Shown piece after piece: positions 1 to 9,435 of a stretch of DNA of 64,000 bases (positions are counted from its first letter, which is position 1; each line of letters starts with the position of its first letter). The position numbers were made by a program, and so were the translations under genes. Source of the stretch: Longimicrobiales bacterium (GTDB lineage Bacteria > Gemmatimonadota > Gemmatimonadetes > Longimicrobiales > Gaopeijiaceae); contig CAXXKM010000002.1 in the NCBI GenBank assembly GCA_963664435.2, forward strand, positions 416,001-480,000, written 5' to 3'. A model generated the notes under the pieces. It was given only the letters and a program-made list of their open reading frames with translations. It was not told the origin of the DNA and searched no databases.

Positions 1-186
1 GCCGTGTGGGACGGGCTGGTTGGCATGTCGAGAAGCGCGGTCGTGACGGCGGCGAAGCAGGAGGCGACCGACGCGCACGACGAGATGAGGCGCTTGGCCG
101 AAGAGCGCGATCCGCCCAGCTATGCCGGTTGGGAGTGGTGGCTCTACAGATACGGCAGCTATTGGGACTGGGCCGTCCACAAGTAG
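1..186 (+). CDS. 3' end of hypothetical protein (partial)
   Basis: Open frame running off the window edge, stop at 184-186. Confidence 0.4.
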   Translation, partial: AVWDGLVGMSRSAVVTAAKQEATDAHDEMRRLAEERDPPSYAGWEWWLYRYGSYWDWAVHK

Positions 187-220
187 GTCCATTCAACACT
201 TCGGAAAGGAACATTCGGAA

Positions 221-1051
221 ATGCGAAACATGGCAACATCACTGGCGGCGGCGGTCCTGCTGCTGGCTCCGGCTGGGCTGGTGGGGCAGGCACCTGCCGA
301 AGCCAGTCTGCAACGCATCGAGCAAATACATCGGGCCTGGACCATCGATTCGGTCCTGGTCGCGCTGGCCACGGACGGGGAGACGAAACAGGCGGCAATG
401 GCCGCCGGTGCCATTCTTCGTGGTTTCGGTGGTAGGCAATGGAAACAGTTGGAGGGCATCGGCTCCCCATTGCCACAAGCCGAGCGGGACGCCTTCGCTG
501 AACGGCTGGTCGCCATCGCGACCGCCAACCCCGAAAGCGAGGGCGCACGCGAAATCCTGCTTGTGATGTGGAATCAAGGCGACTTCGACGCCGTTCTCCG
601 AATGTACGAGGCGGGGGCCGGCAGCTTGTGGAACCTGCTCCAGATTGACCCTCGGCGCGGCATCGAGGTCGGCATGAAGAAGCTACGGGCGAACCGTTGG
701 CGGGTCCGTACCGACCTCGCCGAGGCGCGGGCCAGACTTGGGGGTGCTTTCCGGCCGAAGGTCCCGGGGTTCTACGAGATGTGTCACTTCATCGGGGATC
801 TCGCGCCGCCGTTCGGCACGCTGGCGGTCGTGAACGGCCAGCCGGTGTTCACGTTCCACGAGGGGGTGGACCTGTCCCCAATGTCCGACGGGCGGAAACC
901 GACGAAGGAGGAATACGACGCGCTCGACGACGCGACCAACGAGCTCTACGAGGTGGGGGTTATCGACAGCCCATGCCCGCATCCCGGTTATCCACCTGGC
1001 GCCAGCTTCTACACCAAACACGATCCGCCGACGAGGCCGCGCGGACGGTAG
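221..1051 (+). CDS. Secreted hypothetical protein
   Basis: ATG at 221, signal-peptide-like MRNMATSLAAAVLLLAPAGLVGQA, in frame with ORF 122..1051. Confidence 0.6.
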   Translation: MRNMATSLAAAVLLLAPAGLVGQAPAEASLQRIEQIHRAWTIDSVLVALATDGETKQAAMAAGAILRGFGGRQWKQLEGIGSPLPQAERDAFAERLVAIATANPESEGAREILLVMWNQGDFDAVLRMYEAGAGSLWNLLQIDPRRGIEVGMKKLRANRWRVRTDLAEARARLGGAFRPKVPGFYEMCHFIGDLAPPFGTLAVVNGQPVFTFHEGVDLSPMSDGRKPTKEEYDALDDATNELYEVGVIDSPCPHPGYPPGASFYTKHDPPTRPRGR

Positions 1052-1375
1052 AGCGAACCGCGCAACCCGAAAAAAAGCGGTGCCCCCTCAGACCCCCGGA
1101 GATCGCGCCGCCGCGGCGGCGGAGAACCCGTTCGCCGACCAGCTGGCCGCCGGGCTGTTCGGCATCGCCGCGCAAGGACGGGACGCGGATGTCGCGGGCG
1201 GCAGTTTGCGCAGTCCCGGCTCCAGACGCACTTCCGGGGACCGACCATGCCGGGCGGCCTCCTAGTGCCGCGGCGGATGTCGTTCGGGGGCCTGGGGGCA
1301 TCCCCCGGCCAGAGGTTTTCGTGAAGCGAAAACACATCTGGCTCCTCAACAAACCGCAGAAATCAACGCCCCAGT

Positions 1376-2272
1376 GGCGCCGGCGAGTGGGGCCGGAACC
1401 GGGTCCGGGTCTTTCCGGATCCGAAGACTGGCCTGTACCAGTTGGAGTGGCGGGAGAACGGGCGCAGGCTCACCCGGTCCCTCAAGCACCGCGACTGGGC
1501 AAGGGCCAAGCGGCAGGCGGACGAGTTCGCCGCTGGCGTCGCGATGCACGAGCCCGGCGCCAAGGCGGAGACCGAACCCGAGCCGTTCAGCTTGGAGAAG
1601 CTGTTTGAAATCTACGGTGAGGAGGTGACGCCGACCAAGAGTCGGCGGTCGCGGAGCTACGACGGGACCGCGATGGAGATGTTCTTGGGATTCTTCGGGA
1701 AGGACCGGAGGCCCGGAACGCTTTCGCGGCGCGACTGGGACAGGTTCATCCGGGTGCGCAAGGCGGGCAGGATCGGGCCGAGCGGAAAGCCAGTGTCCGA
1801 CCGAACGGTCGAACGGGACCTGACGTTCCTGCTCGCGATCCTCAACTGGGCCGCGAGGTCGAGGGACCGGCAGGGACGGCTCCTCCTGCGGTCCAACCCG
1901 CTGAGGGGCCTCATGGTGCCGAGGGAGAAGAATCCGAACCGGGTGCTGCTCACGCAGGCGGAGTACGAAGCCCTGCTGGAGGTGTCTGTGGAGATGGACT
2001 GGCGCTTTCGCGTCGCGCTCGTGCTCGCGCCCGAAACCGGTCACCGGATCGGGGCGATCCGCAAGCTCAGGTGGTCGGACATCGACGTGGGAGCCGGTGT
2101 CATCCGGTGGCGGGGCGAGCATGACAAGACCGGCCACGAGCACCGGACGCCGGTGACAGCCGAAGCGCTTTCGGTCTTGGAAGAAGCCCGCGGACACAAC
2201 CCCGGGATCGGGGACGTACCGCTGCTGCCAGCGCCGAGCGATTCTTCGCGCTGCGTCCGCCGCTGGCAGGCC
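1376..2272 (+). pseudogene. Truncated tyrosine integrase (copy 1)
   Basis: Near-identical to 9436..10599 from AGEWGRNRVR to SRCVRRWQ. Upstream in-frame stop at 1322 with no start before the conserved N-terminus. Lacks HxxR and the catalytic Tyr; LAHETG is changed to LAPETG. Confidence 0.85.
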
Positions 2273-2522
2273 AGGCGCTCGCGGAGCCGTTACCTTTCAG
2301 AAGCCCCGACCACTGCCAAGGTTAGTGCGCCGCGGGGGGCGGGACCCGGCGTTGAGCGACTAACCTCTCCCGGGGGGACACCATGGCACCTTGAAGCCCG
2401 CTAGGTCGAGATCGCCGTTCGCCGGGTCGGCTCCGGGATGTCTAGCCGGTAGCGCACGGAGTCCGGTGAGCTAGATTCGGGTTCGTAGCCATTCGCCAGT
2501 CAGACACCCGGGGGGACGATCC

Positions 2523-3662
2523 ATGATTCAGAGATTCTACGCGGACAACTTCCGCTGTCTCGTGAACTTCGAACTGAAGTTCGACGAGCTGAATGTCTTC
2601 TTGGGCTCGAATGGCACCGGCAAGAGCTCGGTGTTCGACGTGCTGCTGAAGATTCAGAGCCTCGTCTACCGAGGCAGAAAGGTCGACGAGGTCTTCCGAC
2701 GAAGGGACCTATCACAGCTTTACGCCGGCAACCACCAAGACAGCGCTGGCGACCACGAGGACAGTGGCGTGCGGCAGAAGATTGAGCTTGATCTCGACAT
2801 CGCGGGTCACTCGTACCACTACCGGTTGAGCATCGGCCACCGCGAACCCAAGCTAATGCGAATTGACGAGGAAGTCCTTCTGTGCGACGAGAGACCCCTC
2901 TTCGAGTTCCGAATCGGCGACGCTCAACTGTACCGGGATGACGGAAGTCAAGGACCGAAGTACCCGTTCGATTGGACGCAATCCGGACTCGCTGCCCTGC
3001 ATGAGCGGCACGACAACAAGAAACTGTCTCGCTTCAAGAGGGAGTTGGCGATGTGGACCATCGTCCGACCCTGCCCGCCGATCTTCGAGGAGGAAGCCAG
3101 GACGGAGGACGAGCTTCTGACACAGGCTATGACCAATTTTGTCGCGTGGTACCGCAGGGTCTCCCCTGAGCGGCTGGGCGCTGCCGTGGACCTACTGGGT
3201 GATCTCCGTGACGTGCTTCCCTCATTTGAGTCACTGAGTCTCATTGCCACTGGTGAAGATGCTCGTGCATTGGAGGCTGTGTTCAAGCGGCCACACAAGC
3301 GTTCGCGGTACCGGATCGGGCAGTTGTCGGACGGGCAGCGGGCGCTGATCGCCCTGTATTGCCTACTGCGTTTCTGCGACGGAGGGGGGGCGAGGGCCTC
3401 GCTGTTCGTCGACGAGCCCGACAACTACATCTCGCTGCGTGAAGTGCAGCCGTGGGTGGTGGCGCTCTCCGAAGCTCTGGGAAACACTCTCGAACAGGCT
3501 GTCATCATCTCCCATCACCCCGTGACAATCGACTACCTGGGCGGGAAAGCCAAGTGGTTCTTCCGGGACGACGACGGACTGGCGCGGGTGAAGTACGAAC
3601 CACCTTCGTCGGCGGGGCCGGCATCCTATTCCGAATTGGTCGCACGGGGTTGGGAGCGGTGA
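2523..3662 (+). CDS. ABC/SMC-type AAA ATPase (AAA_21-like)
   Basis: NFRCL start, Walker A GSNGTGKS, signature LSDGQ, Walker B FVDEPDN, H-loop ISHH. Confidence 0.9.
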   Translation: MIQRFYADNFRCLVNFELKFDELNVFLGSNGTGKSSVFDVLLKIQSLVYRGRKVDEVFRRRDLSQLYAGNHQDSAGDHEDSGVRQKIELDLDIAGHSYHYRLSIGHREPKLMRIDEEVLLCDERPLFEFRIGDAQLYRDDGSQGPKYPFDWTQSGLAALHERHDNKKLSRFKRELAMWTIVRPCPPIFEEEARTEDELLTQAMTNFVAWYRRVSPERLGAAVDLLGDLRDVLPSFESLSLIATGEDARALEAVFKRPHKRSRYRIGQLSDGQRALIALYCLLRFCDGGGARASLFVDEPDNYISLREVQPWVVALSEALGNTLEQAVIISHHPVTIDYLGGKAKWFFRDDDGLARVKYEPPSSAGPASYSELVARGWER

Positions 3663-4207
3663 GCGCGAGCGTGATTCTGCTCTGTGAGGACCTGCAGACG
3701 GACATGTTCGTGCGTCGCTTCCTCCGTTGCCGGTTTGGACGCCGGTTCCGTCGCCGGATTCACAGTATTCCGTGTGCGGCTGGGAGTGGATCCGGTGAGC
3801 AGCGCGTGCGTGAGCAATTTCCCGACCAGCTGAGGTTGATTCGGGGTCGGCGGGGGGCCGCCCTGATCGTGGTCATCGATGCCGACACGGAATCGGCGGA
3901 AGCTCGTCGAACGCAGCTCCAAGGGCAGTGTGCGGAACGGGGCATCGCGGCTCTCCGAGCTTCGGATCCGGTTCTCGTAGTGGTTCCGCGCCGCAGTATC
4001 GAGACGTGGTTCCGCTACCTGAGCGGCCACGAGTTCGACGAGACGACCCGCTATCGGCACCTTCGGCGTGAAGCCGATTGCCAGCCACTGGCCGACCGGC
4101 TGTACGACATGTGCCACAAAGATCAGAAGCTCGCGGAGCCGGCCCCGGCCTCGTTGGTTGAGGCGTGCCAGGAATACCCAAGGCTGACGGGCCTGCTACA
4201 ACGATGA
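3659..4207 (+). CDS. DUF4276/RloB-like TOPRIM-fold partner of the ATPase
   Basis: GTGA overlap with ATPase stop; ILLCED, VVIDAD and IETWF motifs. Confidence 0.7.
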   Translation: MSASVILLCEDLQTDMFVRRFLRCRFGRRFRRRIHSIPCAAGSGSGEQRVREQFPDQLRLIRGRRGAALIVVIDADTESAEARRTQLQGQCAERGIAALRASDPVLVVVPRRSIETWFRYLSGHEFDETTRYRHLRREADCQPLADRLYDMCHKDQKLAEPAPASLVEACQEYPRLTGLLQR

Positions 4208-4668
4208 TTCGCTCGTTAGGAGCGGCCACTGCGGACCATGCGCCGCGACGACGGTCCCGTGGACCCGTCCCGTGCAGACATTGGTCAGTGACCATGCTGA
4301 CCAAGTGGGCAGCGACATGGGCGGTAACCATGTATCGGTGCGGTCGATCTCTCGCCAGCGCGCCATCGTGCCGGCGTGAGAGCCTCCGCGAAGCTCGGCC
4401 GAGTTCATGGAGTGCGTGCGGGCGTTCACGCTCAAATTATGGGAGGTGGTCATGGGCGAATGAGCTAGCGGTGAATCATCGTCGGGGACCTTGACAGCGT
4501 GGCTCTGTCTCTGGTAGTGGAAATCGCGCGGCGGGTGCTTCTCTACCTCTGTAGGGAGGCACTTCACAGGTTGAGGCCTGCGCCACCCACACCGCTTGAC
4601 GCTCTCGCAACAGCCAGCCTTGGTGCCGCCCTCCAAGCTGCGGCGACCGCCAGCTTGGAGCCGCGGCC

Positions 4669-5034
4669 ATGATCGAGAGCAAGGGCAACATCAGAAGTGG
4701 TGGGAGCATCTTCATGGCGGAGGCACCGATCAAGGTCAACATGCCCGACGGGAAGTCTCTGGCCTGTCCGGCCGGCACCCAGTTCTCTGCCTACAACCAA
4801 TTGGTGCCTGACCCCGAACGCAAAAGTATCGGAGCCCGCATGGTCGTAGAGGTTCTGCTCCATGAAGGAGACCGGGAAACTACGGAAAGCAAGGCATCGC
4901 TGCTTCGCAAGATTACTCGTGCCGAGGGTCGCCAGCGGTGGAAGAGAACCTTAGCAACAGGAATTCTGGTTGGCGTGATCGCCGGACTCGTCCTTGAAAT
5001 TGCGCGACGCTTCGTCGTGCCGATCTGGCCGTAA
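4669..5034 (+). CDS. Hypothetical protein with C-terminal TM helix
   Basis: 121-aa ORF ending in TLATGILVGVIAGLVLEIARR. Confidence 0.5.
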   Translation: MIESKGNIRSGGSIFMAEAPIKVNMPDGKSLACPAGTQFSAYNQLVPDPERKSIGARMVVEVLLHEGDRETTESKASLLRKITRAEGRQRWKRTLATGILVGVIAGLVLEIARRFVVPIWP

Positions 5035-5453
5035 GCAATTCAACCGATGCTCCCAGTTGGAGTGGAGCTAGCCGGGTGGAAGGTGCGCGAGCCCCACCGA
5101 CGAAGCGAATCGAGGGACGCGGAGCGGCGCGAACGCCCGACCCTGTCGAATCCTCTACCGATGATTTGTGCACCTCCAGCGCCGTGAGTCATGACCGTGT
5201 ACGCCCGCGAAAACGACATGGGGTGCCGATGCGCACCGCGGCACTCGGGTCGTGCGCACCGGCGGAGCGGTCGAAGCTTCTGCGCACAAAGGGCTTGAGC
5301 GTCGCGGTCCCAGCCGACCGGGGCCGCAGGGCTCGCTCGGCCGTGGCTGGGAGTATCCATGTCAAGTGGATGCCCGTTTTGAGGCAGAGTGGACCTGTCT
5401 CGCGGCGTCCCTCCCGACGCCTCGGTTGCGGTGTCCGCTGTTGCTTGGCGCGA

Positions 5454-6456
5454 TCATCCGTGAGCGCTCCCCGCGTGGCAGGGCGTGGGGAAGATGGGGC
5501 TGGTGTACTCTCTCGGCGGATGTTCGGTCCAGATGCGGTCCTGCTGGACGAGCGTGTTGGCGAGGACGAGGAGCTTCCGCATCACGGCAGTCAGAGCGAC
5601 CTTCGGCGGCTTTCCCTTGGCGACGAGCGCCTCGTACTTCCGCTTGAGGTCGGGATTGTGCTGGACCGCGACCAGCGTGGGCATGTAGAGCAGCCTGCGG
5701 ACCCGGTGCCTGCCGCCCTGGATGAAGCTGCGTCCCTTCCAGTGTCCGGACTCCCGGGTGACCGGGGCGAGTCCGGCGAGGCTGGCGGCCCGGGGCCCAG
5801 GGAGCATGCCCAGTTCCGGCATGTGGACGATCAGTCCCGCGGCGGTGATGTCCGATATGCCGGGGATGGAGGTCAGGATCTCGGCCCGGCGCTCCAACGC
5901 CTTCTCCTCCCCGAGCCGCCGCCGGATCTCGGCGTCGATGAGCTTCAGCTGGCGGTCGATCTGCCCCAGCTTCTGCTTGGTGATCCGCCTGCCCACCGGC
6001 GTACGCAAGTGCTTGCCACGGTTGGTGGTGGCGACCCGGTCCTTGCGCAGCGCGTCGCGGATCTGCTGGAGCTCCGCAAGGTCGCGCTGTCCTTTCGATC
6101 TCACCTCGGTCGGACGCAGGTCCTCGATGGCCGACGCCATGATGGCCAGCGATCCGGGCGTCCACCGCGTCGGTCTTGGCGCGCCGCCCGATGGAGCGGG
6201 CGAAGGACCGGACCTGGAAGGGGTTGATCGCATAGAGGGGGAGTCCGGCCTTCAGGAGGGTATCCTCGAAGTCGCGGTGGAAGGCTCCGGTGGGTTCGTA
6301 CGCGATCCGGTCGACCCCGAGGCCGATCCAGGCGATCAGCTTGCGGAGGCCGGCCCTGTCGTTGGGGAACCGGGATGCTCTCCCCTCGGGTGCGGCGAAG
6401 GCATCCAGCCAGTCCTTGGAGATGTCGATCCCGACGGTGCGAAGGATGGTGCTCAT
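5454..6456 (-). pseudogene. IS110 recombinase/transposase, +1 frameshift near 6151
   Basis: RuvC-like DEDD motifs GIDIS, YEPTG and KTDAVDA in one frame; SIPGI...LAGLAP..ESG and VMRKLL in another. Confidence 0.9.
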
Positions 6457-6461
6457 GAGTT

Positions 6462-6690
6462 CTTCCCTTCTCCTGTGCTTGTCGTGCGAGCCTCGATGCT
6501 CGAGTATCCATTCAGGACAGAGGGAAGGACGGTGGCGATCAAACTCCCAGACGGCCCCTGACGGCCAAGCGACCCATCGATCCGACCACCGTCCCTGTTG
6601 AGCGCCCGCTCCGGCTCGCTACGCTCGCCTCTGCGGGCGCTCAACAGTCCGGGCCTTCCCCGTGACCCGGTCCTGCAAATCAAGCAGGGA
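6462..6690 (-). ncRNA. IS110 bridge RNA (5' stem, target-binding loop, donor-binding loop)
   Basis: 15-bp stem 6595-6609/6633-6647. TBL guides at 6568-6576 and 6544-6550 match the target; DBL guides at 6503-6510 and 6478-6483 match the circle junction. Confidence 0.85.
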
Positions 6691-6713
6691 TCTCCAAGAA
6701 TGGAAGAGACAAG

Positions 6714-6798
6714 CGACCCCGCAGTCCGAGGGCCTGCTACGGGTTCGGGGCCGGGCGCGTTTGCGCACCCCGGCCCCGCCCCCTCGGGTCGCTCCCAG
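6714..6798. repeat. REP-like palindromic unit interrupted by IS110 (left tip at 5347-5353)
   Basis: CTGGGAG|CGACCC ... GGGTCGCTCCCAG 13-bp inverted repeat with inner GGGGCCGGG/CCCGGCCCC stem. Confidence 0.7.
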
Positions 6799-6896
6799 AC
6801 CCAGCAATCCCTTGCGGGAAGGCCGTCGAGCCCCTGTTCCGGAGCTTGGTGGCGTCCGACCGCCGAACCCGTCGCCGCCGGGAACGCCAGCCGGGC

Positions 6897-7345
6897 TCAG
6901 AACGAGATGTAGCCGCCCATCTGGAAGAGCACGATGTTCGTACCGCCGGACCCGTCGCCGACGTGGAGGATCAAGCGCGCCCCGTAGCGCCGTCCGAACG
7001 TCAGGCTCGTACCGGCCCGGCAGTCGGTGAAACGTCTCCTCCATCGTATTCGATGCCCGCGCGCAACGCCGGACGAACGAGCCAGCTGGAACGTCCGAGG
7101 AGGACCGACCCGCCGATCCGGTTCGCCGACCCCGCAAAGTCGGCGCACCGGTAGTTCTCCACCATCCCGTACAGCGACACCGGCCCGGCGAGCCGACCGC
7201 TGATGCCGACGTAGTGTCCGGGACACGCGACGCTGTTGCCGCCCACGATCCCGGCTCCGAGCAGGAAGCGGTCCGGAGCTTCCTGGGCCTGCGCCTGCTC
7301 AGGCAACACGACGACGGCCAAGCAGGCCAGCAACAGCTTCCGCAT
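6897..7345 (-). pseudogene. Outer-membrane beta-barrel-like protein, frameshifted
   Basis: Signal peptide MRKLLLACLAVVVLPEQAQA; C-terminal GGYISF in another frame; CCGGC tandem duplication at 7012-7021. Confidence 0.65.
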
Positions 7346-8407
7346 GTCGGTTCTCCCTCGCGTGGTTCAGGATGCTCCGGCCATCCGAGGAGGCTTCGCC
7401 GCTCTCCACCGGGGCCATCGCTCGCAACGGGCTGACCAAAGCTCGGCGCACTGGCCTTCCTCAACAAGGTCGGAACCGCGAGGGAGCCGGTTCACGTCAG
7501 CTGCCCAACGCCTTCCCGCACGGGATTGATGGCCGGGAGTGACCTCGAGGCGGGGGTGGGATGGCGTACACATCCCAACCATCGCCGTGGCGTGTGAGGC
7601 ATGCCGAACACCGGGGTCACTCCCGTCACGACCGCACCATCCGGTACGGCACCGCCGTTCGTGCGGCCGTGGTGCAACCGCAACGCGGGCAGCGACATGC
7701 GGAATCCCCGCCCCTGCACATTGACACGGCGATTCCGTGCACATGCACCCCGATGTCGATGTGCACGCGCGGTACGCCACCGGCCCCGGCCGATCGGCGG
7801 TCAAGAACCCTCTCCTCGAAACCGGCTCGAACGCCATACCGAATGGCCTTGGATCATTCCTCCGGGGAGGCCCGATCGGAGCAAAACCCTCATCGCGACG
7901 AGGCGGTGAAGGCAGCCGTTGAGACCGCCCAGTTCCTCGACCGTCGAGGTATCGTAGGCGGGGTCTGCGTGGACGAACACGGCGCGGTCGGAGTCCAGCG
8001 CCGCGGGGAAAGTACCGCCGCGCCCCGGTAGACGCGGACGGGCCGCATGGAGCGGTGGATGCCGAGCGCCTCGAACGCGTCCACCTTCTCGGTCTCGGTC
8101 GGAAGCCAGCCAGCGGACGCGCACGAAGCGACCGACGACCCGGACGGGCTGGACGGGGTAGTGGATGGAGGGTCGCCTCGTCCCGAGGGCGGATCCTTCG
8201 GTCGGCAAGCTGCGAGCCGAGGGGGGTCGCCAGCTCCCCGACTCCAAGACTTACGACCGCCGGCGTGTGCATGCGACATGCAGGGGTCGATTCACACTTC
8301 GGGCTTCCGGGGATTCACACGGTCGCCGACGGGCATCCGCAGACCGCGCAACGTCTTGAGGTCCAGTCGCAAACCGGGCGTTGTCGGACGAGCCACTCTG
8401 GCGGTGG

Positions 8408-8446
8408 TGGGAGCGACCCGTCAGTCCGAGGGCCTGCTACGGGTTC
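8408..8446. repeat. Second, partial copy of the REP-like unit with an empty IS110 target
   Basis: TGGGAGCGACCCGTCAGTCCGAGGGCCTGCTACGGGTTC matches 5348-5353 joined to 6714-6746. Confidence 0.8.
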
Positions 8447-8981
8447 ACAGAGCTGATCCAGGATCCCAAATGATGCTCCCAACCTCTTCTTCCGGGTGAA
8501 TGACCACGACGGGGGACTTGGCTATCTCGCGCGAGCTTGTCGTATTGCCGGTGGCAAGCCATTCGCGAACGCAATCGCGGGGGAAGCCTCCCGCGCCGCA
8601 GGCAATCGATCGGCCGATTAGATCGACCCGACGTCCTCGCCAAGCATCGGCGGGGCGCCGACCAAACCGCGAGTGGCCGAAATCCCGCTTGCCGCGCCGG
8701 CGGTAGGGGAACGGCCGCTCCGGGGATTCCCGAAAGAAGGCCCAGACATCAAAGTCCTTGACTCCGCGATCCTGGTGGACGAAGTGCCCGGCAGCACCTT
8801 GGCAAAGGCAGACGAGCATCAGGCGATCCCGGTAGATACGGCCAGTCTCGGAACGTCGTTGGAAGAGGTCAGCAAGGTCACCGATAGCGATTTCGGCGAG
8901 CCTGTGAAGATGATGCGGCTCAATCGTTTCCCACGACCGCTCTGTCACGGTATTCGGGGTAGTTTGTTCGTGTTCGGTCAT
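8445..8981 (-). CDS. Nucleotidyltransferase-fold hypothetical protein
   Basis: CQGAA.HF....GVKDFDVWAFF resembles the Pol-beta G-x-DxD motif; GGAGG RBS. Confidence 0.6.
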   Translation of the reverse strand: MTEHEQTTPNTVTERSWETIEPHHLHRLAEIAIGDLADLFQRRSETGRIYRDRLMLVCLCQGAAGHFVHQDRGVKDFDVWAFFRESPERPFPYRRRGKRDFGHSRFGRRPADAWRGRRVDLIGRSIACGAGGFPRDCVREWLATGNTTSSREIAKSPVVVIHPEEEVGSIIWDPGSAL

Positions 8982-9435
8982 GGATTCCTCCCAACATGCG
9001 AACGCAACTCACCTCAAAGTTCAAGTTAGCGCAGGCCGGGCAGGAGGCAATAGAGGTGAGGTCCGCGAGCCGGCGCAAGGTGCCTTGATCCGCCACTGTG
9101 CCTCCGACTGACGTTACACGGTTGGCAATCCTACTCGGTGCGCGATGGGTTCGTGATCTCATCATCGCAGTGAAGATTTCGGCCTTTCGGGACGGGCCAT
9201 GTCGGGCGGGCTCCTTGTGGCGCGCGGAACCGGGAACCGCATCAAGGCAGCGAGAAGAGCTCAGCCCCTCACGCCCACGACGGCGAGCGTGGCTACCACG
9301 TAGGCCATGATCGTGGCCTCGGCGCGGAAGCTGATCGCGCGCGCCGCATTGGTCATGACTTGACTGGCGGAAACCCCCCGTCCGCGCGAGCTTCCATGTA
9401 GGCAGATCGTGCAGTCCATCTTCGAAAGGAATCGA

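Larger units (their letters stand above)
5352..6713 (-). mobile_element. IS110-family insertion sequence
   Basis: AG (CT on minus) core dinucleotide at 5352-5353 and 6712-6713. Removing the IS restores CTGGGAGCGACCC, which matches empty sites at 6786-6798 and 8408-8419. Confidence 0.9.

Noticed and set aside
2348..2357. GGCGTTGAGC matching the CRISPR repeat 3' end
   Set aside because: 10 bp only, with no repeat hairpin upstream
4281..4304. Inverted repeat TTGGTCAG-N8-CTGACCAA
   Set aside because: Single occurrence with no supporting context
7801..8279. Overlapping minus-strand ORFs, possibly a decayed gene
   Set aside because: No recognisable family motif
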